Source: Clostridia bacterium
Lineage (GTDB): Bacteria > Bacillota > Clostridia > UMGS1883
Length of the DNA stretch: 64,000 nucleotides
Assembly (NCBI GenBank): GCA_017472685.1
Contig: JAFUOO010000004.1
Coordinates: forward strand, 158,903-222,902
Direction of reading: 5' to 3'
Of this stretch, positions 9,056-17,735 are shown piece by piece (the stretch's first letter is position 1; each line of letters starts with the position of its first letter). Both the position numbers and the translations under genes were made by a program. Under the pieces are notes generated by a model. It saw only the letters and a list, made by a program, of their open reading frames with translations. It searched no databases and was not told where the DNA came from.

Positions 9056-10069
9056 TTATATTCTGAAACCTATTTCGCGGTTTTCCGCAGATAGTTTGGT
9101 TGGAAGTTCTGCTTTAACAAATCCGGCATTAATCGAAATTGTTTGTGCACCTAAAGCCAACATATAAATAGCCCTGCGGAATATATTATCAGCAAGCTTT
9201 TCGACATCTCTCACTCCGGGTTCCGTACAAGCTTCACAGATTAACTTAATCGCTGATTCATAAAAAACTATTTCTGATTTCTCGACTTTATATTTCGAAT
9301 AAAGTTTTGGAATAATATAATTTTTTAAAATAAGATATTTTTCTTTTTTTGTATAGCCTTGTATATGTATTACATCTAATCGATCGCGGAGAATGGGATT
9401 TACCTCATTGATGTCGTTTGCGGTTAGGATAAATGTTATATTGGAAACGTCTAACGGGATAGCTAAAAATTGATCTATAAATGCGGTGTTTGTGCTATCA
9501 AAAAGTGAAAGGAGAGCCATTTGAGGACTTCGCTCATTCTTTTCCATTTTGTCCACTTCATCTAAACAGATTACGGCAGAAAAACTTCCGGAGCGCTGTA
9601 TAGCATCTGCTATATAACCTTGATTTGCAGCTTTCCATGTGGGATTGCTTCCCAAAAGCTCCCATTGAGCGGTGGTGCCTTGAAGTGGTACTTTATAAAA
9701 GGGTTCGTTGAGAACCTCGGCTATAATTTCGCAGATTGTGGTTTTGCCGGTGCCTGCAGGTCCTGTTAATAATATGCCTTTGCCGGACTTGCCGGTGCGT
9801 TCACGAACTGCCAACAATTGAAGAATTTTTGTTTTGGTTTCGTTCATGCCGTGATGCTGGGAGTTAAGCATTTCCTGTGCTTTTTGGTAGTCAATTTTAG
9901 TGTGTTCTTTTCCTATACTTGACCATGGAAGGCGTTTAATTGCTTCACGTTGTTCGGTGGTTAATACGTTGGATTTCCATATTTTATATGCGGCGGGCGA
10001 CATGTTTTTCTCCAATGTATCTTTCTTTTCGTCCAATGCTTCAAAAGCGCGTTCTATTTTTTCATCCAT
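9056..10069 (-). CDS. Lon-family AAA+ ATPase module without a protease domain.
   Basis: Walker A GPAGTGKT, Walker B CLDEVDK. A Lon-like sensor region (ILRDRLDVIHIQGYTKKEK) resembles the Lon PLLDRMEVI..GYTEEEK segment. The protein stops after the ATPase module. AAGGAG RBS precedes the ATG at 10069. Confidence 0.6.
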   Translation of the reverse strand: MDEKIERAFEALDEKKDTLEKNMSPAAYKIWKSNVLTTEQREAIKRLPWSSIGKEHTKIDYQKAQEMLNSQHHGMNETKTKILQLLAVRERTGKSGKGILLTGPAGTGKTTICEIIAEVLNEPFYKVPLQGTTAQWELLGSNPTWKAANQGYIADAIQRSGSFSAVICLDEVDKMEKNERSPQMALLSLFDSTNTAFIDQFLAIPLDVSNITFILTANDINEVNPILRDRLDVIHIQGYTKKEKYLILKNYIIPKLYSKYKVEKSEIVFYESAIKLICEACTEPGVRDVEKLADNIFRRAIYMLALGAQTISINAGFVKAELPTKLSAENREIGFRI

Positions 10070-10276
10070 ATTCAACACTCCTTAAAAATTAATTTGACTC
10101 TCCGCCTTACACCGATATAAATATCATACTGTAACGAGTTAAAATTTGGGGAGGGAAAGAAATGAGAGTTTATATGACAATAAGGTTAATGTAAAGGGCA
10201 AAACTTGACTTTATTTGTCATTTTTGAGATAATAGAAGCAAATGCAAAAGCTGTGTCAGAGGGGAGTGGCAAAATT

Positions 10277-12622
10277 ATGGAAATAGATGTATTTATAAGT
10301 TACAGTTCTAAAGAATTCAACAAAGCATTGTTGATAAAAGAAGCATTGTCGGAAAATGACATTTCAGTATGGATGGCTCCAGAGTCCATACCTATAGGGT
10401 CAAACTATACAAAGGAAATTCCTGTTGCAATTAAAAACTGTAAAATTTTTTTACTCATATTGTCACAAAATGCACAAAATTCTATATGGGTACCAGCAGA
10501 AGTTGAAAATGCATATAAAAATGAGAAACTTATTTTCCCATTTATAATAGAAGACTGTCCGTTAACAGAACAATTTGATTTTCTGTTGTCGATGAGTCAA
10601 AAAATAGAGGCAGCGCAGCCACCGATAGAACATAGAATAAGTGAACTCGTTGAAAAAGTTTTGTTGCATTTAGGTAGAAAACAAATAATCGATAAAACAA
10701 ATACAGGGAAAACCGAATATCAGCTGTCCACAATGAAAATTTATGCAGATAAAAACTTCAAAGGAAGAGATGCCGAGCTTGATATTATCCATAAAAATCT
10801 GATGTCAGATAAAAATAAGTTTTTTATTGTCGGAATGGGTGGATGCGGAAAGAGCGAGTTGGCAAACAGATACTGTGAGAAACATTCGAATGATTATGAA
10901 AATATCATAAAGATTACATACAGCGGTTCTTTGAAGGAATCTATTGCAAATGATAGTCCTTTGAATATTTGTGGGATTGTGCGCAATGAAAATTTGGATA
11001 AGAGCGTCGATGAATATTTTGAATACAAGCTTAATGTGTTAAAAAATATAACTGATGAAAGAACTCTGCTGGTTATCGATAATTTTGATGTATCGGAAGA
11101 TGAGAAGCTTGATGAACTGTGTAGCGGTAGATTTGCAATACTTTTCACAACTAGAAACAGGGTAATAAATAATAGATTTGAACAATTGTTATTGGATGAA
11201 GTCAAACTTGATACAAATGAACAATTTGAATTGTTTAAGGATTTTTATCAGATAGAATTAGAACAAGATGAGATTGAAATAATAATGGAAATCTTAACAT
11301 TGTTGGATGGGCACATTTTAAGTATAAGATTGGTTGCATCTACGATGAATTCTAATTGTATTGAACCTGATGAAATGCTCGATATTTTGAAAAATGTAGG
11401 CGCAAGTAAACAATCAGATGTTGTGTATTCTCGAATAAATAAATTGATGCAGTTATCGCAACTTTCAGAGGAAGAATTGTATTTGCTAAAAAATCTTTCT
11501 CTTGTTCCGCTGTCGGGAATCAAGAAAAAGACTTTTATTGAGTGGTGCGGAAAAGAAGATTTTGAAACAATAAATGGATTGATACAAAAAAGCTGGGTTA
11601 TTCGTGACAATAAGGATGTAATTCATTTGCATCCCATAATTTCCGATTTAGCATTTGAAGAATTAAGTAACAATTTTGGTCTTTGTGATAACTTCTTGCA
11701 TGCCTTGACAGAAAATTGTGAAGAAGCACATAAGTTAAACTATAAAAATAAACAGTGGTTAATTGAAACGACTAATTATTTATGTGATAAGTTTCGAAAT
11801 AATTCAGAATTGTGCCAGAAGATGCTAATGTCTAAAGCGCGTATGCTGAATCATTTGTCACGTTATGGAGAATCTATAGCTTTATATGAATCGATTCTCA
11901 GGTATAGGATTGATAGAGAAACCAAAAGATTGATTTGCGCGCGATTAGCGCACTTGTACTGTTTAAGTGGTTTCCCTGAGAAAGCATTAGAGAATGTGGA
12001 AACTTGTATTAGTGAATTTTTCTGCATAGATGTAGAAAAAATGACACCTGAAGAGCTATACATATATAAAGGAGTAATAACCCGACGTGTTGAAGCAAAT
12101 AGGCATTTGGGCAATTACGACATTGCAATATCAGATGCTCGAAAAGTTTTGGAGGTGTATTTGAAGGGCATCGATAATGAGTTGAATCGTAGTATACTAT
12201 GGGGAAAATATCATTTAGCAAGAGCACTGTATATGAGAGGATTGCCCCTGGATATAGAAGAAAGCGAAAAGCACATTTGCGAGGCAATAGAATTATGCGA
12301 GAGCGAAAAATCCTATTGGGATAAAGATTTTTGCATAGAATTACTAGCGCAGATACAGATGAAACAGGGAAAATATGAGCAAGCTATAGAAAATATGAAG
12401 CTTGCATATGAAAGTATAACAAATTTTTCCGGGAAAATTCATGTAGGTGTTGCAGTAAACCGTGTTTTCTTAGGTAATATATACCGCACCATGGGAAATG
12501 AAACCGAAGCAGTAAAATGTTACAATGAAGCAATCGAGATATTTCATAAATGCGGAACATTCAAGCTTGAAGATAATGCGAGATGCATACTTAATAGTGG
12601 AAAAATTGGATATGTAAGTTAA
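10277..12622 (+). CDS. TIR-STAND protein: N-terminal TIR, central P-loop NTPase (NB-ARC-like), C-terminal TPR-like repeats.
   Basis: TIR (DVFISYSSKE ... LLILSQN ... S.WV..E), P-loop GMGGCGKS, Walker B LLVIDNFD, and a C-terminal helical repeat region. The ATG at 10277 is preferred over the upstream in-frame start. Confidence 0.7.
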   Translation: MEIDVFISYSSKEFNKALLIKEALSENDISVWMAPESIPIGSNYTKEIPVAIKNCKIFLLILSQNAQNSIWVPAEVENAYKNEKLIFPFIIEDCPLTEQFDFLLSMSQKIEAAQPPIEHRISELVEKVLLHLGRKQIIDKTNTGKTEYQLSTMKIYADKNFKGRDAELDIIHKNLMSDKNKFFIVGMGGCGKSELANRYCEKHSNDYENIIKITYSGSLKESIANDSPLNICGIVRNENLDKSVDEYFEYKLNVLKNITDERTLLVIDNFDVSEDEKLDELCSGRFAILFTTRNRVINNRFEQLLLDEVKLDTNEQFELFKDFYQIELEQDEIEIIMEILTLLDGHILSIRLVASTMNSNCIEPDEMLDILKNVGASKQSDVVYSRINKLMQLSQLSEEELYLLKNLSLVPLSGIKKKTFIEWCGKEDFETINGLIQKSWVIRDNKDVIHLHPIISDLAFEELSNNFGLCDNFLHALTENCEEAHKLNYKNKQWLIETTNYLCDKFRNNSELCQKMLMSKARMLNHLSRYGESIALYESILRYRIDRETKRLICARLAHLYCLSGFPEKALENVETCISEFFCIDVEKMTPEELYIYKGVITRRVEANRHLGNYDIAISDARKVLEVYLKGIDNELNRSILWGKYHLARALYMRGLPLDIEESEKHICEAIELCESEKSYWDKDFCIELLAQIQMKQGKYEQAIENMKLAYESITNFSGKIHVGVAVNRVFLGNIYRTMGNETEAVKCYNEAIEIFHKCGTFKLEDNARCILNSGKIGYVS

Positions 12623-12625
12623 AAA

Positions 12626-12659
12626 ACATCACGTCTGATAAAAGACGTGATGTTTTTTT
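12626..12659 (+). terminator. Rho-independent terminator after the TIR-STAND gene.
   Basis: Perfect hairpin acatcacgtct-gataaa-agacgtgatgt followed by T7. Confidence 0.65.
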
Positions 12660-12976
12660 GTTGAAAACACTCATCCAAAAATTCAAATATTTATTATCGG
12701 TTATTATGTATATCGAAATAATTGCAAAAGTAAGGTGAAAGCCTGATTCCTCTTGGCAAATGGGTGTAATTATAGAAGTGAGCTGTGCATTTTTATTGAC
12801 CCCAAAAACAGATTAATAAAAATGATGGTAAACTAAAATCAACATGAAGCAGGGGGAATTATATGAAGAAAGTTAAAAACAGAGGCGGGTAGATCTGAGA
12901 AACATTGAGGGAAACATTATAATAAATCAGAAAAATTAAAGGGATTTCTAAAAGTTGTATATAAAAAGGAGATAAT

Positions 12977-13582
12977 ATGAGCGGAATAAGAATTAAAGAG
13001 GAAAAGTATGTATTTATAAGCTATCATTCAAAATATTACATGGAAGCTTTTGCAATAAAAGAGCTGCTACAATGTAAGCAAATTCCTTGCTGGATAGTTC
13101 CTTACGATCTTCCTGATGGGTACTTATATGAGTGGATTATCAATGAAAATGTTGATAATTGTACTTGCTTTTTATTGTTGGAGGACGATACAGAAGATGG
13201 GCTTATAAACCGAGAAAGAGAACGAGCTATCTCATGTGGTAAAAGCATACTTAATGTTAAGCTACATGATTTTGTATTTGAACCATATTTAAAGTTTAAT
13301 CTGAAGGCAAGTTATGTGGCTCCCGGAAAAAGAATAGAACAAAATTTGTCAAAAACGCAAGAATTACTGGACACATTAATGGATATTACAGGAATTGAAT
13401 ATTCAGAGCCAAAGAGTGCACAACAAATTTTAGCGGAAATCGGGGCAGAACTGGAAGAAGAATTTGCAAAGTTTATCAAGGAGGATGAAGAGAATCCACC
13501 TACAATAATTGATAAAATAAAAAATTTTTTTGCAAGTATTTTCTGTTTGTTTGAAACTTGTGAGTATGAAGAAGATAAGTAA
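12977..13582 (+). CDS. Small stand-alone TIR-like domain protein.
   Basis: AAAAAGGAGA RBS. Shows the VFISYHSK ... W..P ... FLLLEDD pattern typical of bacterial TIR folds. Confidence 0.45.
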   Translation: MSGIRIKEEKYVFISYHSKYYMEAFAIKELLQCKQIPCWIVPYDLPDGYLYEWIINENVDNCTCFLLLEDDTEDGLINRERERAISCGKSILNVKLHDFVFEPYLKFNLKASYVAPGKRIEQNLSKTQELLDTLMDITGIEYSEPKSAQQILAEIGAELEEEFAKFIKEDEENPPTIIDKIKNFFASIFCLFETCEYEEDK

Positions 13583-13827
13583 TGAATAGAAGAAGGGTTT
13601 GCTGTTCACCTTTTTCACAAAGAGTTTTGAATGAATAGCCTTACCCTCCCAAAAAAATATGTTTTTTGTTTATGTATAATATATTTATCGAAGCGCTGTT
13701 AATAATGAGTAGCGTAAATATTGATAGGAGAGGTGAGATAAAAATGATAACATGCATTTTTCGAATAAGAGCATCCCCTTTTAATAATGCCTTTACTAAT
13801 TAAAAAAATATTAATGAGGTGAAACTT

Positions 13828-16779
13828 ATGAAAAAAATATTGTCGATTTTTTTAAGTGCTGTAATTATTTTTGCGCTGATACCAATTGAAAATGCAATGG
13901 CGTATGCTACAGGAGATGATTATCCGAGCGAGTATAAAAATGTTGAAAATAATTCCATTGTTGACCGATGGAACTTTTATAACCGTCAGTGCACCTCCTT
14001 TGTGGCCTGGTGCTTAAATAGCAGAAATGGAGTTAATTTTACAAATCAATACGGCGGTATTGCTCGTTGGGGAAACGCCAAAGAGTGGTATCAGGCTGCT
14101 CAAAATTTGGGTATTGCAGTCGATAATAATCCTGCGGTGGGTTCGGTTGCAGTATGGACAAGCGGTAAATATGGTCATGTTGCATGGGTCAAAAGCGTGA
14201 CAGGAGATCTTGTAACAATTGAAGAGTATAATTGGAGCGTTAAGGGTGGATACGGACAAAGAACAATATCAAAGTCTGAGGTCAATGGGTTTATACATAT
14301 AAAGGACATAATATCAAATACAGATGTTCCTGACCCTGATCCAATTGTCCCACCGTCAGATATTGTTGTCGAGTCAAATATTGTAGGTCACCTTGATAAG
14401 ATAAGCGTGACATTTAACAAAGTTTATGTTGAAGGATGGGCGACCTGTAGAAATCATCCTTCAAGTTCAATGCCAATACATATTCATATAGACGAACATA
14501 TCGAAGGCTTTCCAACCTCGGGTCACCGTCCGGATGCCGATGCGCATGTGGAAGCTTTGTGGGGAATACCTTCAGCTGATGGACTGCATGGGTTTGCAAA
14601 TACCGTATCAACAGGTAACCAGTTTGGAAAAAATGCAACGATATCTGTTTGGGGTGTTTGCGATGGGTGCTCAAGCGCATGCCTTTGGGTTGGACAGGTA
14701 TACCTCCCGAGAGGTTATACAGTAGCATATAATGCTAATGGAGGAAGCGGCGCTCCCGCTACAGAAACAAAAACTGAAAATGTTGACCTTATATTGTCAA
14801 CAACCATCCCGAAAAGAGCAAACTATTCCTTTATTGGATGGTCAGATTCTCCCGCTAGTACTGCAGCAAAATATATGGCAGGAGAAAAATATGCATCAAA
14901 TTCTGCGATAACTCTTTATGCCGTCTGGAAGAAAAACACTTATACTGTTACATACGATGCGAATGGCGGAGAATCAGTTTCAACAGAATACATAAGTGTT
15001 AGCCATGGAAACTCAGCAAATTTGAGTCAGACCGCCTACAGGGCAGGATACCAATTCTGTGGATGGAATACCAATCCAAATGCGACAAACGCATTAAGTG
15101 AACTTACAATCTCTCAAAATACAGTTGTCTACGCAATCTGGGAGTTAATCGAAGTGAATGTTGAGAAGGTTGAACTTAACAAACCATCAATTGAATTAAA
15201 GGTTGGAATGAGTGAAGAACTGGTTGCAACAATCATTCCTTCGAATGAGACCGGTAAAACCATTATTTGGACAAGCTCAAACGAGGCCGTAGCAACCGTG
15301 GAAAACGGCATTGTCACTGCACGAAGCGCAGGAGATACGCTCATAACAGCAATGGTAGATGGAATAAGTGCAGAATGCACAGTTACCGTTACAGAGCCTG
15401 TAGCAGAGAGTGAAAAAATACAATTGAGAGTCGGCAGTGCAGCGGGTATAAAAGGACAAACTGTGACCATTCCTATTACAATCAACGAAAATTTCGGCAT
15501 AGCAGGCTTTAAGGTTAATATCCAATACGACGCTGGTGTGCTTAATCCCATTTCAATAGAAAAAGGTGAGGCTATCTCTCAACATGGCACGTTGATTACA
15601 AACATAAACCAGCCGCAAGAGAATGTGCAGACCCCTATGCATGTAACAGCATTATGGACTAATCCTTCTGATATAACAGAAAACGGCAATCTACTCCTGG
15701 TTACGTTTAAAATACTCGAAAATGCAGAAGAGGGGACATATCCTGTTTCCGTAACCTATAAACAAGGAGATGTTACAAATCAAGTTTATGAGGATGTTGA
15801 GTTTAATGTGGTTAATGGCGTAGTGTCTGTAATAAACGTGCTTAAAGGCGACGTCTATGTAGATAACCTACTGTCGACAAAGGATCTTTTAAAACTTGGA
15901 CAATACCTTGCAAATTGGCCTATTGACTTCACAGCGTATGAAAAAGACGCTGCAGACATACACGTTGATGGCCTCATTAATACTAAAGATAGCATAAAAC
16001 TTTCGCAAAGCTTGCTTGACGAAACAGAAATGATACAACTTATGGAGTCGAATGACGCAGGCAGTATTACGCTTGAAGCCGGCAATAGCGAAATTGTTAA
16101 TGATTTTGTAGACATCCCTGTCACAATGGTCGAAAATGTTGGTGTCGCAGGTATGAAAATTAAGCTCAGCTATGACAATACAATCCTGACCCCGGTGTCA
16201 ATTACAAGAGGCGAAGCTCTTATGGGCAACGGAGTAATGATATGCAATCTTGACCAGGAGTGTGATTTCTCTACACTCGAAGAGGTGACAATATTTTGGG
16301 CAAACTCGACGAACATCATGAACACTGGGGTAGCGTGTACCGTAAGATTTAAAGTAAGAGATGACATAGAAGATGATATCGTTATAAAACTCAGTTGTGA
16401 GGAAGGCGATATCTGCGATCAGTACTGTAGTGATTTGGAGGTTACACTTAGAAACGGCAAGGTGATTACACAGAATATCAAACAGGATTACACTGTAAAA
16501 TCGATTAGCGGTGAATTTGCAAATGGTAGTATTTATGTGGAAGCAGAGCTGGTTAAGAACACTGACCGAAAGAATAAAGATACGTTTATAATTGCTCTTT
16601 ACGAAGATGACGTTATGGTTGATATGGCTTATATAAAGGCCGAATTCGAAGAAGACTGTAGTTTTTCCTTCGGTGGTATTTTAAAAGGTGCAGAAAACGC
16701 AACGTTAAAAGCTTTTGTATTGGATAGTTTGTCAGGTATGCAATCACTCAGCAATGTTATTGAAAAAACAGTAAAATAG
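13828..16779 (+). CDS. Cell-surface multidomain protein: signal peptide, CHAP amidase/peptidase, Listeria-Bacteroides repeats, Big_2, cohesin, dockerin-like, cohesin.
   Basis: CHAP Cys/His (NRQCTSFVAWC ... GHVAWV). Flg_new-type repeats (YTVAYNANGG..., YTVTYDANGG...). Big_2 (IIWTSSNEAVATV). Two cohesin-like modules. A dockerin-like pair of Ca-binding segments (DVYVDNLLSTKDLLKL, DIHVDGLINTKDSIKL). GAGGTG RBS precedes the ATG at 13828. Confidence 0.65.
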   Translation: MKKILSIFLSAVIIFALIPIENAMAYATGDDYPSEYKNVENNSIVDRWNFYNRQCTSFVAWCLNSRNGVNFTNQYGGIARWGNAKEWYQAAQNLGIAVDNNPAVGSVAVWTSGKYGHVAWVKSVTGDLVTIEEYNWSVKGGYGQRTISKSEVNGFIHIKDIISNTDVPDPDPIVPPSDIVVESNIVGHLDKISVTFNKVYVEGWATCRNHPSSSMPIHIHIDEHIEGFPTSGHRPDADAHVEALWGIPSADGLHGFANTVSTGNQFGKNATISVWGVCDGCSSACLWVGQVYLPRGYTVAYNANGGSGAPATETKTENVDLILSTTIPKRANYSFIGWSDSPASTAAKYMAGEKYASNSAITLYAVWKKNTYTVTYDANGGESVSTEYISVSHGNSANLSQTAYRAGYQFCGWNTNPNATNALSELTISQNTVVYAIWELIEVNVEKVELNKPSIELKVGMSEELVATIIPSNETGKTIIWTSSNEAVATVENGIVTARSAGDTLITAMVDGISAECTVTVTEPVAESEKIQLRVGSAAGIKGQTVTIPITINENFGIAGFKVNIQYDAGVLNPISIEKGEAISQHGTLITNINQPQENVQTPMHVTALWTNPSDITENGNLLLVTFKILENAEEGTYPVSVTYKQGDVTNQVYEDVEFNVVNGVVSVINVLKGDVYVDNLLSTKDLLKLGQYLANWPIDFTAYEKDAADIHVDGLINTKDSIKLSQSLLDETEMIQLMESNDAGSITLEAGNSEIVNDFVDIPVTMVENVGVAGMKIKLSYDNTILTPVSITRGEALMGNGVMICNLDQECDFSTLEEVTIFWANSTNIMNTGVACTVRFKVRDDIEDDIVIKLSCEEGDICDQYCSDLEVTLRNGKVITQNIKQDYTVKSISGEFANGSIYVEAELVKNTDRKNKDTFIIALYEDDVMVDMAYIKAEFEEDCSFSFGGILKGAENATLKAFVLDSLSGMQSLSNVIEKTVK

Positions 16780-16969
16780 AGTTTGGCGCTGTAGATTTTT
16801 CAGGTCTGCTAAGGGTGATGGAAAGTGAGGGGGAGATTGTAGCATTCCTTTAACCGTATTCTCAAATAAGGAATTTGATTTGTATTGTTTGAGGCAGAAA
16901 GAACTTGATTCAGAAATTTATAAATTAACATCAACAGATGATGAAAATTAATTGTGGGGGATTAATACA

Positions 16970-17683
16970 ATGAAATTAAACGAGTGCGCAGAATTCATTA
17001 AAGCAGAAATTGACAAGGCGACAGCGCTATTGAAATCGGGTAAGCAATTACAGTGTAAAAAAGCATTTGGAATATTACATAATATTGCACAAATAAACAA
17101 GGAGGAGTTTTCGAAAAACACAAAAGCGGTAGTTGATTATGCAGATTGTTTTTATAACGGAAAGGGGGTAGCCCAGAACTTAGAAAAGGCATTTGAATGG
17201 TACGCTATTGCTGCAGAGAAAAATTTTGCTGTAGCCCTGAGGAAACGAGGAATCTGCTATTTTTATGGTAAAGGGTGCGAAAAGAACTACGATTTAGCAA
17301 CAGCAGATTTTACACAGGCAGTGGATGAAGGCGATATTTTAGCAAATTTGTACTTAGCAGTTTGTTTTGATTATGGCATGGGAGTAAAGCAAGACTATGA
17401 AGAAGCCTTGAAATATTATCAGGCTGCAGCGAAGAAGGGATATATAACCGCTAAAAGAAGGTTGGGTGATTATTATTTAAAAGGTATCGCATCAGAGATT
17501 AATGAAGAAAAAGCTATTGAACTGTACCATGAATGCATAGCACATGGCGATCCGGAGGCAATGCTTAGATTGGCAAATTGTTATTATGAAGGGCAAGGGG
17601 TTACTAAAAACAGCATTAAGGGCTCTTGTTATGATTTGCGAGCCTCGGGAGAAAAGAAACTGCCTATGGCTACAAAAATTTAA
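16970..17683 (+). CDS. Sel1-like (TPR-like) repeat protein.
   Basis: Repeated A.EWY..AA..G...A.......Y..G.GV modules. GGGGG RBS precedes the ATG at 16970. The track start at 16952 is TTG. Confidence 0.55.
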   Translation: MKLNECAEFIKAEIDKATALLKSGKQLQCKKAFGILHNIAQINKEEFSKNTKAVVDYADCFYNGKGVAQNLEKAFEWYAIAAEKNFAVALRKRGICYFYGKGCEKNYDLATADFTQAVDEGDILANLYLAVCFDYGMGVKQDYEEALKYYQAAAKKGYITAKRRLGDYYLKGIASEINEEKAIELYHECIAHGDPEAMLRLANCYYEGQGVTKNSIKGSCYDLRASGEKKLPMATKI

Positions 17684-17697
17684 GAATAAAATAATAA

Positions 17698-17735
17698 GAC
17701 TGAGCCTTGACTTAATGTCAAGGCTCAGTTTGTGT
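17698..17735. terminator. Bidirectional terminator between convergent genes.
   Basis: Hairpin gactgagccttgac-ttaat-gtcaaggctcagt. Confidence 0.55.
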
